A stretch of DNA of 64,000 nucleotides from Tubiluchus corallicola (taxonomy: Eukaryota; Animalia; Priapulida): contig JAQGDQ010000287.1 in the NCBI GenBank assembly GCA_030141605.1, positions 186,001 to 250,000 of the forward strand. Reading direction: 5' to 3'. Both the position numbers and the translations under genes were made by a program. Below, one piece after another: positions 27,700 through 40,951 of this stretch. The notes beneath the pieces are model-generated. The model made no database searches. It saw nothing but the letters and a program-made list of their open reading frames with translations, and had not been told where the DNA came from. Numbering within the stretch: position 1 is the stretch's first letter; every line of letters begins with the position of its first letter.

Positions 27700-28540
27700 C
27701 GGGAACTAATTCCACGTTCCTGCGTGACAAAAGGAACCGATGCAAATCCCTAGTTCCTCCGTTACATACAGAACCAATACAGGTACCTAGTTCTTTTGTT
27801 ACAAAAGGAACTGATCCAAATTCCTAACTTCTTCATTACTAACAAATACCAAACAAGATTCCTAGTTCCTTTGTTACAAAAGGACCTTATTTAAATTCCC
27901 AGATGTTCTAAATCCGGTGCCTAGTTCTTTTGTAAGCAGCTAATTTCAAGTTCGTCCGTGATAAAAGGAACTAACCGATGTTCCTAGTTAATATGACTTC
28001 TTAGAAAACGAACTAATTCCAGTTCAAAGTTCTTGTGTGCCATAAGGAACTCAGTTCAGTTTCCTGTTCACTGCATTGCTTTCTGTCAATCGTGCGAACA
28101 ACAATCCATCGTAAATGTTTCTCAGTTTTAGGTTCTAGCTTCAGTTGCTAGTTCTCAGGCAAGAAAAGGAACCAATTTTGACAAAAGAACTAATCCAAAT
28201 TCCTGGTTGTTCTGACATTTTAGAAAAGGAACTTAGTTCAAATCCCGTTCATTGCATTGTTTTTTGTGTCCGTTATGCATAAACAATCCATGGCAAAAGC
28301 CCTAAAATAACTGGTACCCTTTAGATATTTTTGACAATAACAAACTTTGCTCTCTGTGGGCCAGGTAACCAAAGAAAACAAGGACAAAAATGTAAAAAGC
28401 TGCAAAAGTAAACTCTAATTCGTACTCGCAATTCAATTAAATTTAAAAAGGAACTAGTTCAGATTCGAAGTTTCATTTTGTTGCAACGAACTAGAGTTCC
28501 AGTTTCATGTTACGGAAGAAGTAACTAGTTTCAAGCACGT
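27700..28540. repeat. Degenerate ggaactaattcctagttc-type repeat cluster; related tract at about 23020-23210
   Basis: Recurrent aaaggaacta / ctagttc motifs in both orientations. Confidence 0.6.
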
Positions 28541-29996
28541 CGTTCCGCGTTCAAACTAAAGATTGCTTACAACTCGGACTATAGTCACGGGGACTCATAC
28601 AACAAACCACAACCATTCATTTACCCATTGAAGACCTAGCGCATCAACAGAGAGATCCATTAGATGACTTTACAGCCAACAGACGGCTAAACACTCATCA
28701 TCCAAGCGTTTTACGACGTAATCATCTACTGCTACCGTGTGTGAACTATTTTACCACTCGACACTTGACGCCTGATGGGTTAATAAGATTTTAATAACTC
28801 TAGTTCAACCCGCATTCAGATCTATATCTGTGGCTCGCTCAGAACCGTCAGTGATCAATCATCGTATAACACAAACTCTAGACGTTTCCACTATTGCAGA
28901 CCATGTGAACATGCCTTTAATGAACTGTCTGAACTTCATCGTTCTTTCCTTGCATTGATGAAGTTATGAGGAAGTTTACGAATTACACTAACCGGTTAAT
29001 GTGCATTTTATTTCTGTTATTTTAGATGCAGCGTAATAGAAAATGTATTGCGTCATAATTTAATGGCTACCACAGAGGAAAGGGATGCGACTGTACAACG
29101 CGTACATTATTATTACTGACATACCTTGAGGCTAACGTCAGAGACAGTCCATTATGCAGTATTCCAACGCCATAAATAGACAAGTAATGACCCGATGAGA
29201 TTACCTAGAGTAAGTTTTAAACTATTTTGCGGGTTGAGGCCCGAAGGCTTTCTGCTATCTGATACAGTACTTCACCTGATGTCTCATAATTTAACTGCAC
29301 AGCCATTGAAAATATTGCACTTGTCGGCATTAAATTTTGTAAATCTGCTGTGTTTCATAACTTCTGTGCTACTCTGACAAAATAATACAGATTAAGACGT
29401 AATAAATGCTCTTGTGCATTAGCTACAATAACGGCAAATATACTTGTAACTCCTCATTATACGATAAGGCTGCTATAATTTGTAAAAACATTCTGTGTTG
29501 TTTGATTTTTTAACAAATAAAATAAAAAATGTAAGATATAATTGCCATATTTCGTTATAATATAATTTGTGTTGCCTTATTAGTTCATAATAAATAAATA
29601 AATAATTGTTTTATTTATAATTGCAAGTAAACGTGTTATAAATTGAAAATTGGAAAAGTTTTGTCATTCTCTCTGCATCATGAACCATAGGCCTCTGCAC
29701 GATTTTTAGCGTTAAGCGCTAATCATTATATTTCGTGCATTTAGTATTTGCCCAGACAGCAAGTCTAACGATATACATAGGCCACTAGGCAACTATTGTC
29801 AGCTCACTCAACAGAGAAAACAGGTTTACGTTTGCCGGTATTCTATAGATTAGATTAGTATACCATATTCTGTACACAATAGTGCTTATTAATAAAGTTC
29901 AGCTTGTTACAACGTGAGGTAAAATAATTTTTGTAAAGTCTAAAAAAGTTCCCCAGTATTGGGACTCGAACCTATAAATGAAGCCTGTATACTTAC

Positions 29997-30272
29997 GTAT
30001 GACAACAAGACTAACATTGATGGTCACAGAACCGAACCCGTTCACAGCTTTGCAAACGTACACTCCTGCGTCGTCCTCTATTACATCCTTGATCTTCAAA
30101 CCATGTGATCCCAGACGGAACCTCTTTCCCCAGGATTCGTTCACCACTTCGCCCCCTTTTGACCATTCGGGCGTGAAATCAGCGCCTTCAACGGGACATG
30201 GAAGTTTTTTGTCATCGCCAATGCGAGCCTCAATGCGAGATACAAGCTTCCCCGTCAGGATCCGAGGTGGCT
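29997..30272 (-). CDS. FGFRL1: FGFRL1 coding exon 2: Ig-like domain 1
   Basis: ttttctag| acceptor and |gtaagt donor; 276 nt, phase 1-1. PPRILTGKLVSRIEARIGDDKKLPCPVEG...WSKGG...SWGKRFRLGSHGLKIKDVIEDDAGVYVCKAVNGFGSVTINVSLVVI closely follows vertebrate FGFRL1 Ig1 (CPVEG...DAGVYVCKATNGFGS). Confidence 0.95.
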
Positions 30273-30882
30273 CTAGAAAAATAAAGCAAAAAACGTATGC
30301 AATAATGAAACAGCAAAGGTAAAAAACAATGACAGACGCAACAAAACAATTGATTTACAGGTGTCATCATTTTCAATAAAGAATCCAGGACGTCACAGGT
30401 AGAAAACTCTCGGCTAAAAAGTTACAGGAAAGTTACAGGAAAAAAGGCACAGGGAAAAAACCCCTAACCCTAAACCCCGTTCCTAATCTTAACAATAGCG
30501 CAAATTAATTATGACTTTTTTCCTAGCCAAAATTATGACATTTTTCCGTGATTTTAAAACCGGTCACCTCCATACCAAGGTATCAAGTTTTGTCACTGCT
30601 TCACAGATTCGGCCTGCGCATTTCTTAAATGCAGAATGACCGCATATAGTTGCTCAGTCTTTCCAGCGGGCCTCTTATCTGCGGAATTCTTTACGAGAAA
30701 ATTGTTTATCTGTTAACTACAACTTCAATCGCTTTAAAGAAGGCCAACACACACCTATCGCTAGTACATAAGTTACAAGAATTCTAGTATTAAGTGCTCG
30801 TTCACATTTCCATCTTTCTACTGTAGTCCTTTTTTGGGTAGAAACTCAATATGGACCTATTTACAAGGTCAGCCACTCCAAT

Positions 30883-31385
30883 CTTCTTCTTCCCAGCTTT
30901 TCCCTATTCGGGATCGCCGTTGTGAATGTGTCTTCTCAACGCATTCCTGTTGTTGACCATCTCTTCATTTATGTCTTCAATTCCCACAAGATCTTCACCG
31001 ACTCTTTTCAGGTGTCCATACCATCGCAATCTTGCGAGGCTTCTACTACTTTTACTGTTCCGCTGATATTATTATTTCTAATTTTATCTCTTCTTGTTAT
31101 TCCCACCATTCATCTCAACATCCTCATCTCCACCACACCCATTTTCTTCTCTTCGGTTTTCTTTAGAGAAGCTGCTTCCAGCCCATAGATTAGAGCGCGT
31201 CTGACCACTTCTTTGTGGATTTTCCCTTTAAGTCTCACCGACTCATTCATAAAAGGTTTTGGCGCAGTTTTTACAGGCGGATGCCCTTCCTGACCCTAAC
31301 CCTCCCCATTTATCCGGGCTTGGGACCGGCACTGAGTTGGACTGGCTTGACCCCCCCCCCCCCCCAGTGGCTAGGTTCACTCACT
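30883..31385 (-). mobile_element. Bipartite non-autonomous RTE-clade retroelement with an 18-bp TSD
   Basis: aaggtcagccactccaat is duplicated at 30865-30882 and 31386-31403. An RTE-type 5' head (ggtcccaagcccggataaa...aggaagggcatccg) is fused to the RT C-terminus (LRWYGHLKRR) and a (GAA)n tail. Confidence 0.85.
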
Positions 31386-32476
31386 AAGGTCAGCCACTCC
31401 AATAATGTCGCTAAATGGGATTATTCTGATCAGTATCGCATGCAATTTCAGTTCCTAACCATTACGAATCTCAGTCCTGCTCGCAGACAATAAATTTGAA
31501 ATTTCTTTTAGCCCAAGGATGAAAACAGCAGTAAGATCCCAAAGGGACTCTAGTAGCAGAAACCTGAAATTACTAAGCTATGGATGAAGAGTTACGATCA
31601 TGATCTGAGATTTGCAAGTAGCGGTTTCAGGACATTTCAATATCAACAACAGCCACAATGAAAAGCACCAACATAAACATTTCATATATTCTAAATGTTA
31701 TGAACTGAAACAATTCATTTGAAAACGCATTCGGGTAGTCGCGACAGCAGGCAACCTCTGTAGAATTAGTAACAGCTAGCCAGGCTGTAGTTAAATGTTG
31801 TGCAGACAAAATGTTCAGGACATCCATGGAGGAATAAAGCTAAACATTATCTATACCGCCATAAGAACTTGAACAAAGCTATTCGAAAACCTTGTTTTAT
31901 ATGTTTAAAAATATTTTAACTGCACAAAGATGTTGTAAATTAGAATTTTTAGTACACTTTTTTAAAAATGACAATGTGATAAATTTTTTCCACGCTGCGA
32001 AAAGACATTCTTTGTCAATTTTAATTAAACTGATTAACTTTGCGCAAAGTGACTCTGTCTTGTTTGACATTGGTAAAGAGTCAAACTAAACACGAAGTCT
32101 AACTAACTATTTATCAAGTCTAAATCAAAAGCACTCCATTACGAACGTCACATTATACGTGGTAAAGTAATCATCAGTTGTAGGCCTTATGGCATCCTAC
32201 CACCGACCCAATTATTCCAGCATTTATGCTGCATGCATGGAACAAGGCTATCATGATCGCATCAGTAGGCTTCAAAGCAAGTAGAGATTTAAGCGAGTAA
32301 TGTGAAGGATCAGCATGTCCATGGTTCAACAAGTTTATATCTGCGGTTCAATAAATTTATATCTATGCCTCAATAAGTTTAATAACAATTGGTTATTAAA
32401 TGTTCACTACCATTGCAAATTTTTATAACCAATCACATCTTTAGGTAATTTTTGGGTGGCTATTGTGTATGTTTAG

Positions 32477-32695
32477 TGATCGAAGTTAAGCAACGCCAAG
32501 ACTGGTCAGTGAATGGCTGCGTTACCACTAAGCTCAATACTTGCTTTTGGTGGTGTCATTTGCCAAGTACAGATTTTGGCTGTTTCTCTCACTGTCGAAT
32601 GTATTCACTTCTGGCAACGACACCTCTGCAGGTTCAGTGCCTCATCTTAGAGGATTAGTCTTCGTTATGTGAACTAGATTCCTACCCTGCCACAA
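32477..32695 (+). mobile_element. SINE with a 5S rRNA-like segment
   Basis: gatcgaagttaagcaacg...ctggtcagt...tgg resembles the invertebrate 5S internal region GAAGTTAAGCAACG...GGTTAGTACTTGGATGGGTGACC. Confidence 0.5.
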
Positions 32696-33519
32696 CCATC
32701 TATATTAAACAGTCCCTGCCACATTAACTTCTGAGTCAGGTTTACAGTGTGCCAAAACGTGTGAAAAAAATGTTTATTCTACAAGAAGAAAGCAAGAAAA
32801 GTATACTGTAGTCACACTTCCCAGAGTCATCCTATCCCCTCCAGTGTCTATAACACTAACAGCAGCACAAACCACTAACTCCACTGTTTAGTTTATTGCC
32901 CAATCAGATGCTTTATTAGCTGATAATTGCCCATAAACCTCTCCGCTCAGATTCATGCTCGGAAGAAAATTATAGCCCAGACGGTTTACACAACAGCCCT
33001 AGATGTATACCACACCAATCTCGTAAAGTGTGCGTTTTTTGCATTCCTGCTATAAGGTCGCTATAAACTTACAGTGGCAGTAATTTGTGCCGAGAGTTCA
33101 GCTTGACGAGGGAAGAAATCAGGAAGGTTTTTAAGATTGGCTTCTGATCAGAAAGTGTTGTAAGCAAACGCTCGATTAGAGTGGAAATTTTTTATTTAAA
33201 ATTGATATCTCAAGCAGATACCAAAAGCTGAAAAGTGAGAAGACAGGATGCTTTTCTATCTGTTTCTGTTTCTAGTTTACCCGGCAAATTTGCTGCGTAA
33301 TATTCTAAATTAACTTAGCAGCGAATCCCAATCAGGTTCGAGTCCTGTCAAAGGTTTTATTTCCATGCTAATTATGTCGTAAGTGCTATCAATCATTGAC
33401 CAAATTCTAATCCACTCGGCTAACATGTTTACTGCGAAATGCAAATGCCTCTACCGTGACGTGGAAGCCTATCATTCTAACAGCAAAAAGTTTGCATTAA
33501 AAATAGCAGACGTTAAAAC

Positions 33520-34035
33520 TGAAACAGAATAGACATCACTGCTGAAACAATGGTAGATGTTACTACTAAAACAATACAGACATCTCTACTGAAACAATGG
33601 TAGACGTTCCTACTGAAATAATATAGACATCTGTATTGAAACAATGGTAGACCTTACTACTTAAGCAATATCGACATTACAGAAATATTGGCAGATGTTG
33701 CTACTGAAACAATATAGACGTCACTATTCTGAAACAATGGTAGACCTAACCACCGAAGCAATGATAGAGAATATATAATATAATAATCTTTATTTGCCAA
33801 TAAAAACTGCTACTTATAAGCATAAAGGTATCTAAGAACACCGCAGCATGAGAATAAAATTAAACTACTAAAGGCAAATGCGTCCAGTGCAAACTACAAA
33901 CTACTAGAAATTTAAAGCTGAAATACACATTACAATATTACATCAATATTAAAACAATGGTAAACGCCATTACTGAGACAATGGTAGATGTCACCAGTAA
34001 AACAATGGTATGATAGCAATGATAGACCTCACTAC
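33520..34035. repeat. Minisatellite gaaacaatggtagaYgttactact, about 24 bp; interrupted, with more units at about 34715-34766
   Basis: Seen directly. Confidence 0.85.
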
Positions 34036-34766
34036 AGAAACTTTTACATAATTTGCTCTAAACATAGTAACATACTTCTTCATCTCAAATTGTAAGACAT
34101 CAAAAGTTATGCCTTTTCACAACCATTCATTCTATTGTTGAGGCAATCCATAATTTTAATACGCAGCGTTTTTTGCATTAAAAAATATTAGTATGCATTT
34201 CAAATTGTTGTAGTTATACTTTAAAAAAACAGATATACTAAAACGCAAGACCGGGCAATGAAATATTTTTCAGGGAGCAATTGTACACTACAGGATGTTT
34301 ACATCAGCTAGGCGCTGACAAAAGATCTCATCAATGCAGACAGCTAGAGGAAGCTTATACATGTGTGCCGTATAAACACACTGGTGCACACATGTTAGCC
34401 ATTCCGCAACACACACTCATTACTGTAACACCACACAGAGCAATTTTTGACATCCTAAACCATTAAGAAACAGTAATATAAATCTGCTGCCTGGGAGCTA
34501 TGATCAAACTGAGCTTAGGCCAGCTGCGTGTGTACATTGCCATTTATAATATCATCACATTTGCTAGTGTAAGCACGTTACTATTAGGCACAAGGCTTCA
34601 GTCAGGACTGTATAATTTATACAAGTACGATTCATGTAAACTTGGGTATTAGAAAATGCACACAGTGTCATGAAGTTGGTCTTAAGCATTAAAAGAGAAA
34701 TCAATAAAGATACTATTGAAACAATGATAGACTTCACTACGGAAACAACCCCAGACGTTACTACTC

Positions 34767-35372
34767 GGTCAAATGGCACAGGAAAAAATGGCACGGTAAA
34801 AATGGTCCAAGAAAAAATGGCACAGGAAAAATGGCACGGTAAAAATGGTCCAAGAAAAATTGGCACGGTAAAAATGGTCCAAGAAAAATTGGCACAGGAA
34901 AAATGGCACGGTAAAAATGGTCCTAGAAAAATTGGCACGGTGAAAATGGTCCAAGAAAAATTGGCACAGGAAAAATGGCACTATAAAAATGGTCCAAGAA
35001 AAAATGGCACGGTAAAAATGGTCCAAGAAAAATTGGCACAGGAAAAATGGCACTATAAAAATGGTCCAAGAAAAAATGGCACGGTAAAAATGGTCCAAGA
35101 AAAATGGCACGGTAAAAATGGTCCAAGAAAAATTGGCACAGGAAAAATGGCACGGTAAAAATGGTCCAAGAAAAAATGGCACAGGGAAAAACTGGGTCAA
35201 AAAGTCACTGGGAAAAGGTCACAGAAAAAAGGCAAAGGAAAAAAATAAATAATCCTAATCTAAACCTAATCCTGATCCTGACTGTGGTCATAGCCAAAAT
35301 TAATTGCGACCTTTTTTGTCACCTTTCCTAAACAATATAGTGATCTTTTTGTGACTTTATTACCGGTCACCC
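34767..35372. mobile_element. Non-autonomous element with an expanded internal array of 14-15-bp subunits; relatives at about 30390-30570, 36200-36470, 45000-45200, 46522-46910 and 56977-57090
   Basis: Shared terminus GGTGACCGGTAATAAAGTCAC (reverse complement at the right end here), aaaagtcac/gtgactttt inverted arrays, and a cctaac/cctaat spacer. The array is at 34770-35190. Confidence 0.75.
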
Positions 35373-35800
35373 GTAAACCAACTGATGTTGCCAAAGTGCT
35401 AAAATTAAGTTACCATTTGGCTACGCAGACTATTGACACAGACATACTACAGTTAGTTAAATTTAATAACTATATTAACATTTTGTTGATGTCGGTAATT
35501 AACAGCCGTTTATCAAAATCTGGCTGTCGCATAGCAACACAGTCGTACGCCAACAATAATTCCAGACGCAGAGCGCAAAAGATGCATGGCAGAGAAAGGA
35601 CCATTAATCATAATCAGAGACTGAATGCGGTTACTGTAGGATCATTGCACATTGAGCAATACAGAAGTAGACCAACGCATAGGTATAGAAACTGAACAAA
35701 ATAACTGTTGTGTGTCTGTCATTATCAGTAATGCCATGACGGAAGTCTCACAATACGCGAGCTTCGGGAAAATGTAAAATTATTAGACAAAATGCAAAAG

Positions 35801-36549
35801 GATGTTACAAATCTACAAATGATTAAATCCTGATACCAAATTTGACAGTCAGAAAATGTGAAAATTCGATGCAGTCTGGTTTCGAACTAGGAACCATACC
35901 GCTTACATAGCAGAAGCTTGAGACTACTTAGCTTTTAGACCACAACGTTATTACCAAATTCAGCATTTCCAATGCTAAATCGCTCCGTTAGTTATGCTGT
36001 CTAAAAAACCCGGGGAAGTTTCAAACTCATGTTAATCAAAACAAAAAAATAATCTATGTTAAATTTGGTTGGCAAGCTGTAAATGAGAGGTGAACGTTGG
36101 ACCCTCTTGATCACTGGAGAATCGATGGCTTAGCAATATTAGGCGTCTTCAACATTAGTAGAAGGGGATCTCTGGTTCAAATCCAGGTTGTATTCCAAGT
36201 AACAGGTAACAAAGTCACGGGAAAAAAGTCTCGGAAAAATTACAATTTTTAGGGTTAGGCTTAGGGTTACTTCTTTTTTCCTGTGCCTTTTTTTGTGTGA
36301 CCTTCAGTAACTTTTTATACCTGCGACTTTTTTCTTTGACCTTTTTACAAGTGACTTTATTCCTGTCATTTTTTTCTGTGACTTTTTATCTGTGAGTTTG
36401 CCTGTGACTTGACTTTTTCTGTAACTTTTTATCTGTGACTTTTTTCCTATGACTTTTTCCTGTGACTTTGTATCACAGATTCGTATTCTAGCTTCTAAGT
36501 CATTTAAATTTGCTATTTTAAATTTAATTAAATGTGAGTTTGCAACATC
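35801..36549. mobile_element. Palindromic twin-tRNA element (copy C, same termini as copy A) with a nested aaaagtcac element at about 36200-36470
   Basis: gatgttacaa ... gagtttgcaacatc ends; reverse B box at about 35878-35888 and forward B box at 36174-36184. Confidence 0.65.
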
Positions 36550-39420
36550 ATTAATAATAACACTGACATTAAGATGATAAAAATAAACGAACTGGCAACG
36601 CCTACGGTGACCATGCAACACGCAGTCTTTGCTCACATGTTGCTACTGTAGATATAAAATTACGTGTTGTTGTCAGTGTTTGAATTTAAGTTGTCACTAG
36701 GGCGCTAAGATGTTTAATAAATGATTGGCGCGGAATGTAGCTAACTCGAAGCTTAATGATTACCTAAGACAGTTGAAAAATGGCCTCACAGGTTGCTACA
36801 TAACCAAATCTGTTTCTGTTTTTTTCTTTTGCAGAAGCAGGGCAGTATCAAAAAGGGGCGCAGAAAGAGAAGCGGCAACAGAAAAACAACGATATTTATA
36901 AGCAGAAACAAATATCCTTATTTGGCCTGCTAAAGCGCAGTCGTGTTCTAGTTTGTACAGCTCCTTTTTCCAGAATTTGCCAGCCCACGTGCTGACAGTT
37001 GGCTGTCTTATCTACGGTTTTACAGTCGTCCTAATGAGATTAAAAAACACCCATCATTAGAAACAGAAAACAGTCTGCCGCTTCGCTTTCATCTTTCCGA
37101 CTTTGCTAACTAAATGAATCGTTTTGTAAGGATGCCTATTTCAACGCTTGCTAAGCATCTTCGCCAATCTTTGTAAGGAAAACACCCTAGTTATGAAACA
37201 TGATAAAGCATCTATCAGAGACGTATTACATTTTTTTGGAAAAAAATACTCGCCCGATTTATCTAGCTAGTTTTTTGCCTTAAATGCGTTTTCTTTTGAT
37301 TATCATTTTCATGTTTTGGCAATGTTATTGCCGCATGTGTAATTGTTATTCGACATTAATAAATGTAGACGAAAACAACTACTGATCTATTTACTGACTA
37401 GGTACCGTGTTGCCTAACTACGACCGTTACGCAACACAAACTGATTCCTGAATCGCGAACAGAGAATGTGAAGCAAAGACAAGTCTGTGAAAGCTGGCTC
37501 TAACTTTAATGGTAAGATATGGTTAGAATGTTTAATTGAAAAGGTGGCAAAATAGCGAATGATCACATGAGACATCGGACGAGCCATAAGTTAACAACAA
37601 TAACTGCTTATTGTTCACCCTCCCCCCTTACTGTGCCTTTTACAGATTATAACGCAGCTTGTCTACTTGACAGTATGAAATTCATGTCGAATAATTCATT
37701 AGCACCTGCAAAGTTAATGAGCAAAAGTTGTTTAAATGTGTTAAGGGCTAACTAACAAACCGGGGGCTAACTAAGGTTCCGAAATAATCATCAGGTTCGC
37801 CAGGTGCCGCCAAAGTCTCGGGTTCAAACCTGGGTTTGGTTAATATTTTTCATTCCATTTTAAATGATTTTTGGAATACAAAAAGAGATTTGGCTACCAA
37901 TCAGCTCTCCTCCACGTTTTCTTAATTATTTTCTCATTGTTTGCCATTACTCACTATTCACTACGATTACTAATCCTAATAATTATCAACAGTGTAAGCA
38001 TATGTTTCAAATATTTACAAATATGTGTTGAAAATAGTTCTATACCAATGTCTACAACAGAACTACTGCACGTACACCAAATGCATTTAATTCACGTCGA
38101 TTTAGTACAAAATGTGTGACAAAACACATGCGGCGGCGAACGCTAAAGAACACTTTCAAAAATTTAACATATTTACAGCACATAAACACGATGCATTCAC
38201 AATGAAGCTATACAGTAGTGAGGAAAAACATTCAAAGCAACTACTGACAGCTCCTACACACCATAAATTATGCTTAGGCCCACAAAGCTAAATAGCTGAT
38301 ACAACGTAGCTTTTATGCGTAGATTTATAGCCTGTTTAACCGACTTTTATGGTTCATAAACGCTGCCAAATCTACGTTCATCACTTACAGTAACAGACTG
38401 GCTTGATGTAGAGGGCGCTCTGTTTATGTATTCGGTCTATAAATTCACTAGAATGCTTGATATGATGATATCACATAGTTGTAAATTTAATAACACAGCA
38501 AACCGAATGCCACAATGAGATTCATAAGTAAATATAGAAGAGATTCTTTAGATTTTTGCAAATTTTGTGTCTATCATTGGCTCTGTAATATTTTGACGCC
38601 TCGCTAATGCAATTTAGTGATTCATATTATTGAAAAAACACAAAAGCGAACGAGTGAAAGCCTGCATTTCCTGATTTCATGCATGCACTGTTAACACTGC
38701 GGTGTTTCTATAGTCTGCTTTTGCTAGAATTTATGATGTACTATTTAGCAATAAACGTAAGTTAATTGCCTCTTTATAAAATTACTGCCAAGTGTGAGTT
38801 TATGTGATAAGCTAATAGTAAATTTATTTTGATATGTAAGACAATAGAAGTTGAAAAGAAAGTTGAATTTAAGATAACAGAAGTTGAAGTTTCAATAAAG
38901 TGGTTTGCCAATATTATACTGATAAAATGCAAGAGAGCGAGTTGTTGTGGTCGCTTTAAGTATTATTAAGAGTTTCTGCACCACATCGCATAGTTATGCG
39001 TTTTTTGCATTTCAATTTATGAAAAGGTTTCACAATATACTGTATGTTCAACCTGTAATAGGTCTATACTCTATTGCAAAAACAATGAGAGTGCGTTAAT
39101 CAGTTACTGATAAAAATCAATGATCGAATTTGTGGGATTTTGAAATTTTTATTAGTCATTGTAATTCCCATTATCAAATACTATTCCTACGTAGAATTAC
39201 TAATTATTAGAGTGCATTCAACTAATCGCTTATATTCATAGATCACATTATTTCAAAATATTATTGAGCATATTTAGGTTTTTAATACTAATTTTACACT
39301 GTATGCTTACACTGTGTTATTATAGGAAATATAGTTTATACTATATACAAACAGCACTGGGAAGTGACCATAGGGTTTTGAAATTCCTTATAACAAGAAC
39401 AGCATCAGTTGATAAATACC

Positions 39421-39574
39421 CCATTATAGTAACACATTTTCTAACATTGCTAAGAAAATCAATGCTTCCACTGCACACTAGCGGTCATTCTTTACTTCTG
39501 AATGAAGATGACTGCTAGTGTGCAGTAGAAACGTTGATGTTCTTAAAAATGTTATAAAACTTGTTATACAATGG
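39421..39574. repeat. Inverted repeat with arms of about 70 bp; Penelope-LTR-like, with a degenerate hammerhead core
   Basis: actgcacactagcggtcat / atgactgctagtgtgcagt pairing extends out to ccatt / aatgg. Confidence 0.75.
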
Positions 39575-40879
39575 CTTATTAAAAATGAACGTACTGTTTT
39601 CAAGTTTAAAAAAGGTTAAAACATTTCATGTTAAAACATAACTCTAATATATACCATTTGTAATTGTTTTCCAATGTATCATTCAATGTAATGCGAAGAG
39701 TAAGTGTAGAAGAACTAGGAGAACGAAGAAAAAGCAGTTGCAAACGCAAGAAGTAAATTTATTTCGGCACCTGTGAGTGTGCCCAGTTGCCATCTCTTTT
39801 GCACATCTCTTTAACACATTTCTTTGACAATTATTGTAATTACAATTGATTTGATGTATAACAGTTACAATGTGATAATGTAATTATGCCGAAACAGACA
39901 ACAAATTATGAATTACGAATTACATTGCCCTCTTGGTTGCTATAACTTGTTAATATTATTAAAATTTTAATCTAAATCTAATCCCTACATCTTGTCATTC
40001 TCCATTATTTCATCATCTTTCTCAGCACATCTTCACACTCATTATCTTTCAGGCTTTCCTTTCTTTCACTTTGCACTTGCTGCACTCCCGTTATTCCATA
40101 CTACCTGCTCGACTCACATCTTACAAGTTCACCTTCTGATCTGAGTCGATAATCATTTGCTTACCATAATTAATCGTTAGGCTATATCTTATTTAAAATT
40201 ATTCTCATGCCATCTATTAACATGTTCATGAGAAGCAGTATTTTCAATTTAATAGCAAAAGAGGGTACACTACATACTACATAGAAAAAAACTTAAATAA
40301 CATGTTTGTGAGAAGCGATATTTTAAATTTAATGGCAAAAAAGGACGTATACCACAGACTACATATCAGTCCTATATGAGCATAAATCCCTCCATCGTTT
40401 GATGGCAAGTTTCATAAATAAGTCTGATTAGAACAGATATAGGGGTCACCTTATAATGTACATTAAAATGAAAAAAACGTAATTTCCCACGTTTTAAGCT
40501 GATTTAAAGGTGCAGGCAGTCAATGTTTTGCGTGCAATTCTTTAAGAGTTTCCGTCATTATTGCTGGTTTTTCCTATTAATCTGTCTCTAACCTTTTAAC
40601 ATGTATGCTGCAGCATTATTAATGTTTCCTGTCATGGCGTTTCTTCAATCAAATTCACGTGTGTAAATTTATTGGAATTTCCTACTGGGACTCGTAAAGA
40701 TTTTGATTTAGCTTGCATTCAGTTTTCAGAGCGTTTTTGAACACTTGCAAAGCCAAAAGAGAAAAACAAAGCGCACACACGAACCGTCACTGCAATATTT
40801 ACAGTAAACAAGCTTTTATACTTCGACTTTCATGATAAAAAGGGTTCAATTTACGTTACACTAGAAACAAGCATACAAG

Positions 40880-40918
40880 GTGTTGTTGTTTTGGTGTAGT
40901 TGTTGTTTCTATTGCTGC

Positions 40919-40951
<33 letters not shown>

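Noticed and set aside
34564-35200. Repetitive ORFs of 76-162 aa (KNGPRK.. / FFLDHFY..)
   Set aside because: Products of the 14-15-bp tandem array inside a non-autonomous element.
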